Assembly (NCBI GenBank): GCA_013824755.1
Contig: PNOJ01000001.1
Location: 14,474-78,473, forward strand
DNA length: 64,000 bases
Source: Gemmatimonas sp.
Lineage (GTDB): Bacteria > Krumholzibacteriota > Krumholzibacteriia > LZORAL124-64-63
Direction: 5' to 3'
The notes beneath the pieces were generated by a model that searched no databases, was not told the DNA's origin, and saw nothing but the letters and a program-made list of their open reading frames with translations. Both the position numbers and the translations under genes were made by a program. This document shows positions 1 through 8,783 of this stretch, one piece after another. Position 1 is the stretch's first letter. Every line of letters begins with the position of its first letter.

Positions 1-1
1 C

Positions 2-781
2 GGCACGCGATCGGACATCCGGTTCCCGGCGCTCGGCATCCTGCTGACCGCCGCCCTGGTCCTGCTGGCGAACGGTTGCCGGGACAAGCCGGCCCAGAGC
101 GCGCTGGACGCGGCCCTGGCCCCGATCCGCGGGCTGCCCGTCGAGCAGCAGGAAGCGGCGTTGCGCCGCGCCCTGGCCGACGGCTCGGTGCCGGCCCACC
201 TCGTCTGGTACGAGCTCGGCAACCAGGCCTACCAGGCCGCCGCCGCCCCCGACGCCCCGCCCCCCGGTCCGGACTCGCCGACGGGCCGCAGCGCCACCCT
301 GGACTCCGCCCTGGCCTACTTCCAGCGGGCCTCGGCGCTCGACACCCTGTTCGTCGAGCCGCTGGTGAACGCCGGCCTGATCTGGGACGACGTGGCCGAG
401 GGGCGCGACGTCATCGCCCGCAACGCGCTCGCCTCGGCGCGCGAGTGCTACCAGCACGCCATCCGGCTGCGGCCGGACGACGAGAAGGCCCGCTGCAACC
501 TCGGCTCGCTGAACTTCCGCCGCCACCAGTACACCGAGGCGATCGAGCAGTTCAACGCGGTGCTGGCCCACAACCCCCGCAGCGCCCTGGCTCACTACAA
601 CCTGGCGATCATGTTCGCCGAATCGAAGATGTACCGCGAGGCGATCCGCGAGTGGGAGGCCGCCGCCAAGCACGACCGCGACGGCGACATCGGCGAACGC
701 TCGCGCCAGAACATCAAGGTGATCCAGGACCTCATGAAGGCCGAGGTCCCCGCCGGGGTCGCGGCGCCCTCCCATTCCTGA
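2..781 (+). CDS. TPR-repeat lipoprotein (5' end lies outside the window)
   Basis: Frame is open from base 2 and reads ...LGILLTAALVLLANGC (lipobox-like), followed by TPR-like helices (ARCNLGSLNF, AHYNLAIMF, EAIREWEAA). Confidence 0.75.
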   Translation, partial: GTRSDIRFPALGILLTAALVLLANGCRDKPAQSALDAALAPIRGLPVEQQEAALRRALADGSVPAHLVWYELGNQAYQAAAAPDAPPPGPDSPTGRSATLDSALAYFQRASALDTLFVEPLVNAGLIWDDVAEGRDVIARNALASARECYQHAIRLRPDDEKARCNLGSLNFRRHQYTEAIEQFNAVLAHNPRSALAHYNLAIMFAESKMYREAIREWEAAAKHDRDGDIGERSRQNIKVIQDLMKAEVPAGVAAPSHS

Positions 782-812
782 CCCGGCCCCGCGGTCGGTC
801 CGCCGGAGCGCG

Positions 813-1970
813 ATGAGCTTCCCTCTGCCCGTTCCCGACGCCCTGCGCGCCGCACTGCCGCGCGGTTGCGGCGTGCTGCTGGGCCTCAGCGGCGGCGTGG
901 ACAGCAGCGTGGCGCTCGCCCTGCTCGCGCACCTCGGCTGCGAGGTGCACGCGGTCACCCTGAAGAACTTCTGCACGAGCGACGGGAGCTTCGGCGGCGA
1001 GGGCAACCGCTCGTGCTGCTCGCTCGACGCCATCGACGCCGCGCGCCGCACCGCCGCCGCGCTGGGCGTGCGCCACTGGGTGAGCGGCGTGGAGCCGGCC
1101 TTCCGTTCGCGGGTGATCGAGCCCTTCGTGGACGAGTACCTCGCCGGCCGCACGCCGAACCCCTGCGTGGGCTGCAACGCCGCCGTCCGTTTCCCGCAGT
1201 TGACGCACCTGGCCGACGAACTGGGCCTCGCCTTCGTCGCGACCGGCCACTACGCCCGCGCCCTGGCCGGCCCCGACGGCCCCGAGCTCCACCGCGCCCT
1301 CGCTCCCGACAAGGACCAGTCCTACTTCCTGCACCGCCTGGAACGCGACGTGCTGGCGCGATGCGTGTTCCCGCTGGGCTGGTCGGCCAAGCCCGACGTG
1401 CGCGCGGCCGCGGCCGCGCTGGGCCTCGAGGCGGCGGCGCGCCCGGACAGTCAGGAGATCTGCTTCGTGCCGGACGACGACCGTTCGTTCCTGTTCGCCG
1501 GCCGCGACACGGAAGCCGGCGGCGAGATCGTCCACCGGGACGGGCGGGTCCTGGGGCGGCACCGCGGCCTCGCCCACTACACGGTCGGGCAGCGGCGCGG
1601 CCTGGGCGTCGCCGACGCCGAACCCCTGTTCGTCGTCGCGCTCGAGAGGGAAGGCAACCGCGTGGTGGTCGGACCGCGGGACGCGCTGCGGGTCGGCCGC
1701 GTGCGCTGCGACGGGTTCGTCGACCTGGCCGGCGTGCCGCGGCGCGGCCCGGTCGGACCCGGCCCGTGGACGGTGCAACTGCGCCACCGCCACGCCGGCG
1801 CGCCGGTGCGGGACTGGTCGCGGGACGGCGAGAGGTTCGAGGTCGAGCTGGACGGTGCGGCCGAAGGCGTGGCGCCGGGCCAGTTCCTGGTGCTCTACCG
1901 GGGGGACCGCGTCTGCGGCGGCGGGCGCATCGTCGGCGCCGGTCCCGCGCAGGGAGGGGAGGCGTCGTGA
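813..1970 (+). CDS. mnmA: tRNA 2-thiouridylase MnmA (CxxC-type)
   Basis: SGGVDS PP-loop, TPNPCVGCN, ATGHYA, KDQSYFL, DSQEICF, YTVGQRRGL and PGQ motifs. Confidence 0.96.
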   Translation: MSFPLPVPDALRAALPRGCGVLLGLSGGVDSSVALALLAHLGCEVHAVTLKNFCTSDGSFGGEGNRSCCSLDAIDAARRTAAALGVRHWVSGVEPAFRSRVIEPFVDEYLAGRTPNPCVGCNAAVRFPQLTHLADELGLAFVATGHYARALAGPDGPELHRALAPDKDQSYFLHRLERDVLARCVFPLGWSAKPDVRAAAAALGLEAAARPDSQEICFVPDDDRSFLFAGRDTEAGGEIVHRDGRVLGRHRGLAHYTVGQRRGLGVADAEPLFVVALEREGNRVVVGPRDALRVGRVRCDGFVDLAGVPRRGPVGPGPWTVQLRHRHAGAPVRDWSRDGERFEVELDGAAEGVAPGQFLVLYRGDRVCGGGRIVGAGPAQGGEAS

Positions 1971-3439
1971 AGCTGCCGCGCCGATGGTTGACGAGCCTGC
2001 TGGTCCTCTCGCTGCTGCTGGCGGCGTTGACGCTGGCCGTGCGCTTCCTGCTGCCGGTCGACCGCTTCGTCCGGACGGCGCTCGCCGAGCTGAACGCGGG
2101 AGCGGGTGTCGAGGTCTTCGTCGGCGACGCGTGGGTCGATCTCTGGCCGACGCCGCGGGTCGTGCTGTCGAATGTGTCGGCGACACCCGGCCCCGAGGCG
2201 CGCGCCGCAGCGACGGGCGGCGTGTCCTGGTTCCTCCTCGCGAAGTCGGCGACGGTGCGTCCCGACTGGCGCGAGCTGGCGGGCGGCCGCGCCGCCCTGC
2301 GCGACGTGAGGCTGGCACAGCTGCGCCTCGATCTCGTCCTGGGCGACGGCGTCAAGGCCGGGGCCGTGCAGGCCGCCGCGGTCACGCTCATCCCCGTGCC
2401 GGGAGACCTGCGGGTGAGCGTGGACGAGGCGGACTGGCACGGGACCGCGATCTCGGCCGACGCGACCTGGGAGGGCTGGCCGGGTCCCGGCCGGTTGCGG
2501 GGGGAGTGGCGGCTGGAGCGATGCGATGCGGCGTCGCTGTTCGCTGCCTTGCCTCGTCGTCCCGCCTGGGTCCGACGCCCGTCGCCGGACTGGCCGGCGG
2601 GAAGGTGGAGGCTGCGGGCAGCTTCGACTGGGCGTGGCCGGCGCCGGCGCCGGTCCGTTTCCGCGATCTCGCGCCCGGCCTGGCCGGGAACGCGAAGGTG
2701 TCGGACCTGGCCGTGAGCTTCGTCGGGAGCGAGGCGCCCTGGAACGTGAGCGCGCGGGCCGGGCTGCAGGATGGCCGCCTCGCGGTGAGCGACGTCGTGG
2801 TCGGGATCGGCGACGGCCGTGTGACGGGCCGCTTCGACCTGGCCGACCTGGACCGCGACCAGAGGCGGTGCAGCTTCGAGGCGGACTGCGAAGCGGTCGA
2901 TCTCGCGGTCCTGCTGCGGGTGCTCGCGCCCGGCGCCGCGCTACGTGTCCGGGACGTCCGGCGCCGGGATCCGGGGCGGTTTCACCGGCGGCCGCCCCGG
3001 CGCGGCCCTCGCGAGCCTCGAGGTCGACGCCGACCTCGCGGCGCGCGACGGCGTCGTGCACGCGCGGGATTGGCTGACCGACATCGCTTCCTACCTGGGA
3101 GAGAGGCAAGACCTGCAGGACATCCGCTACCGCACCCTGACCAGCCGGCTCGAATTGCGCGAGGGCCGGCTGGCGATGCAGGACCTGAAGCTGGAGGGCC
3201 CCGACACCGACTGGCGGGGGGCGGGCCGGATCGACCTCGCGGGACCGCTCGAGGTGGCGCTGGTCGTGAAGCTGCCGGCCGGATTCCGGCCCGACCTGGG
3301 TTCGATGTCGCCCCTCGCCGATCTGCTGAAGGGCGACGACGGCCGCATCGCGCTGGGCCTGAGGCTGACGGGACGCGCGTCGGGACCCGAGGTGAGTCTC
3401 GACCTCGCGAAATCGGGACGCCAGGCCGGCTGGCGGTAG
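1967..3439 (+). CDS. AsmA-family protein, split by two apparent frameshifts (about 2555 and about 2940)
   Basis: GTG overlaps the mnmA stop; N-terminal TM anchor and beta-rich segments continue across ORFs 866..2716, 1855..3471 and 2945..3439; C-terminus (GAGRIDL...LRLTGRASGPEV) is AsmA-like. Confidence 0.6.
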
Positions 3440-3445
3440 GGATCC

Positions 3446-3474
3446 TTGACAAACCAGGGGGCAGGACGTAACGT
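3446..3474 (+). promoter_or_regulatory. sigma70-type promoter of the tRNA-Ser/Ser/Arg cluster
   Basis: TTGACA-N17-TAACGT. Confidence 0.7.
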
Positions 3475-3551
3475 CCTGGTCCGCGGCGCCTCAGGGCGCC
3501 GCCGTCGGGGCGGGCCCCGGCGCCGGACGTCTTGCGGATGATACGGCAGCC

Positions 3552-3638
3552 GGAGGGCTAGTCCTAACTGGTAAGGCAGCGGTCTTGAAAACCGCCGGGA
3601 GCGATCCCCTGGGGGTTCGAATCCCCCGCCCTCCGCCA
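3552..3638 (+). tRNA. tRNA-Ser(TGA)
   Basis: Acceptor GGAGGGC/GCCCTCC, anticodon arm GCGGT-CTTGAAA-ACCGC, long variable arm, GGTTCGAATCC, ends GCCA. Confidence 0.92.
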
Positions 3639-3650
3639 GGATCACAGGCG

Positions 3651-3738
<88 letters not shown>

Positions 3739-3751
3739 GACCCCTGTTGGC

Positions 3752-3828
3752 GCGCCCATAGCTCAACTGGACAGAGCATCTGACTACGGATTAGAAGGTT
3801 GGGGGTTCGAATCCTCCTGGGCGTACCA
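3752..3828 (+). tRNA. tRNA-Arg(ACG), copy 1
   Basis: Anticodon arm TCTGA-CTACGGA-TTAGA, T-loop, CCA. Confidence 0.96.
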
Positions 3829-3832
3829 CCTC

Positions 3833-3866
3833 GAAGGCCCCGTCGCACTGAAGCGGCGGGGCCTTC
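3833..3866. terminator. Hairpin between the convergent tRNA cluster and nikR
   Basis: GAAGGCCCCGTCGC-actgaa-GCGGCGGGGCCTTC, 14-bp stem with one G-U pair. Confidence 0.7.
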
Positions 3867-3891
3867 GTCTTGCCGCCAGGCGGCGCCGCGC

Positions 3892-4311
3892 TCAGTCCTC
3901 GACGACGGCCGTGCGCGCCAGCTCCGCGAAGCTCACGCCCTTCAGCCCGCCGATCTCCAGCGCCATGCGCTCGATCTCGCCCGGCGTGCCGCGCAGCACG
4001 ATGGTCTCGAGGCAGTGGTCGTGGTCCAGGTGGACGTGCTGCGTGCAGAGGATGTGGACGAACTGGTTGTGCTGGACGCGGTGGAGCTTGTCGGTGAGGC
4101 CGCGGCGGTGGTGGTCGTAGACGATGGTCAGCGCGCCGTGCACCTCGGTGTCGGCGCCGGCCCAGGCCTCTTCGACCAGGCGGGCGCGGATCAGGTCGCG
4201 CACGAATTCCGATCGCGATTCGTAGCCGCGGCCGACGATGCGCCGGTCCAACGCCTCGAGCAGCGAGGCGGGCAGCGACACGGTGAAGCGGATGGTCTCT
4301 TGCCTGGCCAT
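3892..4311 (-). CDS. nikR: Nickel-responsive regulator NikR
   Basis: RHH N-terminus (IRFTVSLP...GYESRSEFVRDLIR) plus YDHH, HRVQH and HVHLDHDHCLE metal-site motifs. Confidence 0.96.
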   Translation of the reverse strand: MARQETIRFTVSLPASLLEALDRRIVGRGYESRSEFVRDLIRARLVEEAWAGADTEVHGALTIVYDHHRRGLTDKLHRVQHNQFVHILCTQHVHLDHDHCLETIVLRGTPGEIERMALEIGGLKGVSFAELARTAVVED

Positions 4312-4315
4312 GGCC

Positions 4316-5089
4316 CTAGTCCCAGTCGTGGGTGTGGTCGTGTCGGTGCTCCCGGTCGCCGTGGCGGTGGCGGTGCCCGTGCACGAGGTTCGCGCGGCGC
4401 AGCAGGTCCAGGTTGCCGGCCAACCCGTCCGCCCCGCCGTCGTGCAGCAGCGCGTGGTCCTCGCCCAGCACGAGGCAGCGCGGGCCCAGCTCCGGCGCCA
4501 GCGACAGGTTGTGCGTGGTCACCAGCAGAGTCTGGTCGAGGTCCTGCAGGAAGTCCACCAGCCATCCCGTCGAGCGGGGATCCAGCGCGGCGGTGGGTTC
4601 GTCCAGCAGCAGCAGCCGCGGCTCGAGGACCAGCAGCGACGCCAGGCAGACCATCTGCTTCTGGCCCGCGCTGAGCGTCCACGGCGCGCGGTCCAGCAAC
4701 TCGGCGACGCCCAGGGCCGTCGCCCAGCGCACGACCCTGGCTTCCGCGTCGTCCAGCCCGTGCTGGCGCGGCCCGAAGGCGATCTCGTCGCGGACGGTCG
4801 GGTTGAAGAGCATGGCGTCGCTGCGCTGGAAGAGCAGCCCGACCTCGGCGCGGAAGCGGCGGCGGAACGACGCGTCGCGCAGCGACGCCGCGTCGACGGT
4901 GCGGCCGTCGTAGCGGTACCCGCCGGACAGCGGGTGCACGAGCCCGGCGAGGATCTTCAGGAGCGTCGATTTCCCGCAGCCGTTGCAGCCGAGCAGCACG
5001 GCCTTCTCGCCGGCTCCGAGGCGGAACGAGACGTCGCGCAGGGTCGCGGCGCCGTCGTAGGCGTGGTCCAGCCGTTCAACGTCGATCAA
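4316..5089 (-). CDS. nikO: ECF Ni/Co transporter ATPase (NikO/CbiO) with His-rich tail
   Basis: Walker A GCNGCGKST, LSAGQ signature, LLLDEPT; C-terminus HGHRHRHGDREHRHDHTHDWD. Confidence 0.9.
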   Translation of the reverse strand: MIDVERLDHAYDGAATLRDVSFRLGAGEKAVLLGCNGCGKSTLLKILAGLVHPLSGGYRYDGRTVDAASLRDASFRRRFRAEVGLLFQRSDAMLFNPTVRDEIAFGPRQHGLDDAEARVVRWATALGVAELLDRAPWTLSAGQKQMVCLASLLVLEPRLLLLDEPTAALDPRSTGWLVDFLQDLDQTLLVTTHNLSLAPELGPRCLVLGEDHALLHDGGADGLAGNLDLLRRANLVHGHRHRHGDREHRHDHTHDWD

Positions 5090-5633
5090 GGAAGAACCCC
5101 CGTGCGTCCAGGGCCTGGGCGATCTCGGCGGCGTCGTGCTCGGCCCGCCTGAGGAACCAGGCGCCGGCCGCCGCGCCGTGGCGCAGCGAAGCGGCCGTCG
5201 AGACCCGGCGCGGCGAGCGGCTGAGCAGGGCCAGCCGGAAGTCCGCGTGGAGCCGGCGGAACGTCAGCACCTGGCTGACGGTCAGCACCAGCGCGAAGCG
5301 CAGCGTCCGCGAGAAGCCCAGCGCGCGCTGCAGGTCGAGGCGGGCGGCCAGCGCGAAGGTCAGGCTGGTCATCAGCAGCACGCGCAGGTTCAGCCGCAGC
5401 AGCGCGGCGCCGGCCGGGCGCTGCTCCCACCAGGACGCCGCCAGCCAGCCCAGCGAGACCGCCGCGGCGAACGGGGCCGCGGCGCGCGACGCCCGCGCCA
5501 GCACGCGCGGCGCCCGCCTGCCGGACGCGAGCAGGACCGCCGCCAGCGCGGCGGCGAGCCGGGCGGGATCGTGCACGAACGTCGCGGCCACGATCGCGCC
5601 GAGGTAGAGCAGCAGCAGGGCGCGGTCCCTCAC
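5076..5633 (-). CDS. nikQ: ECF transmembrane T component (NikQ/CbiQ-like)
   Basis: GTG overlaps the nikM stop; hydrophobic; LLSRS and ALDARGF coupling-helix-like motifs; lies between the S component and the ATPase. Confidence 0.75.
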   Translation of the reverse strand: MRDRALLLLYLGAIVAATFVHDPARLAAALAAVLLASGRRAPRVLARASRAAAPFAAAVSLGWLAASWWEQRPAGAALLRLNLRVLLMTSLTFALAARLDLQRALGFSRTLRFALVLTVSQVLTFRRLHADFRLALLSRSPRRVSTAASLRHGAAAGAWFLRRAEHDAAEIAQALDARGFFLDRR

Positions 5634-6298
5634 GGCGCCTCCGGTCCGGGGGGAGGCGCCGCCGTCGCCGGTCGCGGCGCCAGGCAGCGCCCGGCCAGCA
5701 GCGCGAGGACCCCGTCCGCCACGCCGACCGCCAGATGCGGGAGGACCACGGCCGGCAGCGTGGTCTTCCAGCCGAAGGGGAAGAACAGCGGCGAGCCGTC
5801 GGGCGCGCGGGAGAGCAGCGGCTGCAGGCCCAGCACGCCGGCCATCAGCGTCGCGGAGGCCACGGTGCCGGCCCAGCCCGCGGCGAACAGGGCAGCGTCG
5901 CGATTCACCGGCCGCAACAGGCGGTGCGCGCCGACCGCGGCGAGGCTGCCGACCAGCCCCATGGCCAGGGCGTTGACCGGCAGCGCCGTCACGCCGCCGT
6001 CCCCGAACATCAGCGCCTGCAGCAGGAACACGAGCGACAGCGACAGGAACGCGTTCCAGACCCCGAACAGGACCGCGAGCATGCCGATGCCCGCGACGTG
6101 GACCGTCGTGCCGCCGGGCAGCGGCACGGTGATCATCATCAGCACGAAGGCGGTCGCGGTGACCACCGCGAGGCGCGGCAGGGTCGCCGCGTCCAGGCGG
6201 GCGCGCAGGCGGCGCAGCCCGAACGTCCACGCCGCGGCGGCGACGCCGTAGGCGGGCAGGTAGGTCTGGGGTCCCAGGAAGCCGTCGGGCACGTGCAT
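5630..6298 (-). CDS. nikM: ECF nickel substrate-binding component NikM/CbiM
   Basis: N-terminus MHVPDGFL, PLPGGTTVH and FGDGGVTALPVN. Confidence 0.92.
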   Translation of the reverse strand: MHVPDGFLGPQTYLPAYGVAAAAWTFGLRRLRARLDAATLPRLAVVTATAFVLMMITVPLPGGTTVHVAGIGMLAVLFGVWNAFLSLSLVFLLQALMFGDGGVTALPVNALAMGLVGSLAAVGAHRLLRPVNRDAALFAAGWAGTVASATLMAGVLGLQPLLSRAPDGSPLFFPFGWKTTLPAVVLPHLAVGVADGVLALLAGRCLAPRPATAAPPPGPEAP

Positions 6299-6320
6299 GG
6301 CCGCTCCGTTGCGTCGTCGT

Positions 6321-7325
6321 TCAGAACAGGCAGGACAGGCTGGCGAGGAGCCGGCCCCGCTCCTTGCCCTCGGCGCCCTGCTGCAGGGCATCCTCGTTGA
6401 GGTCGGTCCAGACCGGCGTCTTCCAGCCCAGCCCCAGGCTCGCGGCGCCCCTGGTGAGCCGGACGCCGCCGACCCCGTAGAGGATCAGGCCGCCGGTGGC
6501 CGTCTCGCCGACGCCGTCCGTCTCGTCGCGCCCGAGGTCCAGGAGGTTGGACTCGACGTTGACGTCGAGTCGCAGCTTCGACGCCGGCCGGGTCAGCGCC
6601 CGCGCCACCAGCGCCGCGTTCAGGCGCGTCTCGCGGCCGAAGCGGACCCGCGCGCCGTCGGCGTACTCGTGTTCCGTGAAGCCCACGATCGACGCCTCGG
6701 CCACGGCCGTCCAGCGCGGGGCGAGCACCTTCGTCGCCGTCAGGCCGCAGTTCCACGCGGGGCCGCCGAAGCCCAGGGACAGGCCGGGATCGATCGCGCC
6801 GTCGCGGTCGCGCAGGTTCTCCTCGCCCGTGGGCAGGGACGTCCCGGCGCTGAGCGTGAGGTGCAGGTCTTCGAGATCGTCGAGGCTCTCGTGCGCCGGC
6901 ACGAGGCGCGGCCCGCCGTCCCAGCGCAGGCCGGCCACGGCGACGAACGAGAGGTCGGTGAAGCCGGCCGTGTTGTAGGAGTTGTCCTGCACCGTCTTGG
7001 CGCTGAACGGCAGGAAGGCGTAGACCGACAGCCAGGGCCGCACGCCGTAGCCCAGGCCGAACAGCATGAAGGTGCTGCGGTCGCCCTCGCCGTCGCGCTC
7101 CGGCGTGAAGGCCTCGAACGTCGGCTGGTCGATCTTGACGCAGGCCAGCCAGGCGGCGCGCGGCAGCGTCTGCGAACTGGAAGTCTCCAGCGGCGCGCCG
7201 GGACCGGCGAGCCCGGCGACGCCGAGCGAGGCGACGCCGTGATGGGCGGCCGCGGCGCCCGCCGACAGCAGGGAGGCGGACAGGACCACGCCAGCGGCGA
7301 CGACGCGGGCGCGCGGGCGGTTCAC
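6321..7325 (-). CDS. Putative outer-membrane beta-barrel transporter
   Basis: Signal peptide, then HHGVASLG; amphipathic strand pattern (FGLGYGVRPWLSVY, LSAGTSLPTG, LGLGWKTPV); C-terminal Phe. Confidence 0.6.
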   Translation of the reverse strand: MNRPRARVVAAGVVLSASLLSAGAAAAHHGVASLGVAGLAGPGAPLETSSSQTLPRAAWLACVKIDQPTFEAFTPERDGEGDRSTFMLFGLGYGVRPWLSVYAFLPFSAKTVQDNSYNTAGFTDLSFVAVAGLRWDGGPRLVPAHESLDDLEDLHLTLSAGTSLPTGEENLRDRDGAIDPGLSLGFGGPAWNCGLTATKVLAPRWTAVAEASIVGFTEHEYADGARVRFGRETRLNAALVARALTRPASKLRLDVNVESNLLDLGRDETDGVGETATGGLILYGVGGVRLTRGAASLGLGWKTPVWTDLNEDALQQGAEGKERGRLLASLSCLF

Positions 7326-7756
7326 GGCTTCCTCCTGGACATCAGCAACGTGACGACGCCGAAGATGCCGAACAGCACCGACACGCCGGTGACGAGCTTG
7401 ACGGGACGGGTGGGGCCGGCCGCGCGCTCCCCCGACGGCAGCAGGTCGGCGCCGACCGGCACCGTCAGGTCGGCGCCGTGGCCGTCCTGGGCCACGACGC
7501 GCACCCGCCAGTCGCCGGGACGGTCCGCCAGGAACACGACACGCCCGCGGCGGTCGGTGCGGCCGACCTGCGTGGGCGCGTCCCCGGCGGGCGGCGTGAC
7601 CTCGCAGGATTCGAAGGAGAAGGGGGCGCCGTCGGCGTAGGTCAGCGTCACGACGACCGCGCGGTCGCCGGCGACGGTGTGGTCCAGGCCGTGTGCCGTC
7701 GCCGCGACGGGCGCGGCCAGCAGTGCGAGGATGGCCGGCAGCAGTGCGGCGCGCAT
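7322..7756 (-). CDS. Small exported, membrane-anchored nickel-transport accessory protein (NikL-like)
   Basis: Signal peptide then HGL; GRTDRRG...PGDWRVRVV...GHG; C-terminal TM helix; position in the nik operon. Confidence 0.65.
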   Translation of the reverse strand: MRAALLPAILALLAAPVAATAHGLDHTVAGDRAVVVTLTYADGAPFSFESCEVTPPAGDAPTQVGRTDRRGRVVFLADRPGDWRVRVVAQDGHGADLTVPVGADLLPSGERAAGPTRPVKLVTGVSVLFGIFGVVTLLMSRRKP

Positions 7757-8490
7757 CAGCGGGCCGCCAGGTCGAAGGTGAGCACGGCCGTGCGGACGTC
7801 TTCGTGCCGGGGATCGTCAGCGTCGGGTCGACGCCAGGAGGCGCGCACGACCTGCAGCCCCGCGTGGCGGAGGCGCAGGTTGATCCGGCCGTCGGGCCCG
7901 GTGGCGCCGCGGGTGTCGTCGCCGTAGGCCACCGCCGCGCCCGCCACGGGCTGCCCGTCGGCGGTCGCCAGCACGGCGAGCTTGTCGCCGGGGGAGAGGG
8001 CCCGCGGGTCGGTCAGCGGCGTCAGTTCGAAGCCCCGGCCCAGCGGTGTGGCCAGACCCGGCGACCAGCCGCGCAGGTGCTTGACCGTCTCCTGCGAGCG
8101 CCAAGCCTGCAAGGGGCGGGCGACCTGCGACGGGTGGCGGTTGACGGTGCCGTCGGCGGTCTTGGTCCACCAGCCCCAGTCCACGAGCGCGACGTCGGCG
8201 AGGCCGTCGGCTGGCACGGTCACCGGCGCGGCGGCGGGCGCCGGCGCGACGCGCAGGGCGCCGTCGGCGCCGACCGTCGCCAGCCAGGCGACCCGCGAGG
8301 CCTCGAGCCACTGGTTGCCGGCGTCGCCGTGCCGGTGCCCGGCGAGGTGGCCCTCCAGGAGCGTGTCGGCGACGGCGCCGGCGGACCAGAACACGTCGTG
8401 GGCGCCGGCGGGCGCGTGCGCCAGCCACAGCGTCACGGCCAGGAGCGCGGTCGCCGGACAGGTCCGGCGCGACGGTGGGCCAAGGATCAT
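7756..8490 (-). CDS. DUF4198-like periplasmic protein (NikK-like)
   Basis: Signal peptide then HDVFW; FELTPLTDP...PGDKLAV...DGQPVAGA...TGPDGRI pattern. Confidence 0.7.
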   Translation of the reverse strand: MILGPPSRRTCPATALLAVTLWLAHAPAGAHDVFWSAGAVADTLLEGHLAGHRHGDAGNQWLEASRVAWLATVGADGALRVAPAPAAAPVTVPADGLADVALVDWGWWTKTADGTVNRHPSQVARPLQAWRSQETVKHLRGWSPGLATPLGRGFELTPLTDPRALSPGDKLAVLATADGQPVAGAAVAYGDDTRGATGPDGRINLRLRHAGLQVVRASWRRPDADDPRHEDVRTAVLTFDLAAR

Positions 8491-8508
8491 GGTTCACCTC
8501 CGGCCATG

Positions 8509-8535
8509 GTGTTACGATTGACAAATACGTAATAC
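8509..8535. promoter_or_regulatory. NikR operator
   Basis: AT-rich inverted repeat GTGTTAC-N13-GTAATAC just upstream of the first nik gene; a minus-strand TTGACA lies at 8564-8559. Confidence 0.8.
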
Positions 8536-8600
8536 CAATGTGGGACGGGCTTCCACCCTGTCAAGAAATGATCAGGCTGGCGGCGCCCACCGTCGTCGTC

Positions 8601-8629
8601 TTGCCTGGCCGCGGGGGGAATGGTATATT
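8601..8629 (+). promoter_or_regulatory. sigma70-type promoter of tRNA-Arg-tadA
   Basis: TTGCCT-N17-TATATT preceded by TG. Confidence 0.65.
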
Positions 8630-8638
8630 GCCGCGGTC

Positions 8639-8715
8639 GCGCCCATAGCTCAATTGGATAGAGCATCTGACTACGGATTAGAAGGTTGGGGGTTCGAATC
8701 CTCCTGGGCGCGCCA
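8639..8715 (+). tRNA. tRNA-Arg(ACG), copy 2
   Basis: Same cloverleaf as 3752..3828 with 4 substitutions. Confidence 0.96.
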
Positions 8716-8783
8716 CTTCGAGCGACCCGCCGCCGGCGGGTCGCTCCATTCCCGGAACGCACGCTCCGACGAGGATCGCGGCC

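Noticed and set aside
3552..3638. Possible tRNA-Sec given selA in the window
   Set aside because: Anticodon is TGA (Ser), not TCA, and the fold is the canonical 7/5
3829..8638. Active integrative element or prophage at tRNA-Arg
   Set aside because: No integrase or other mobility genes, and composition looks like the flanks
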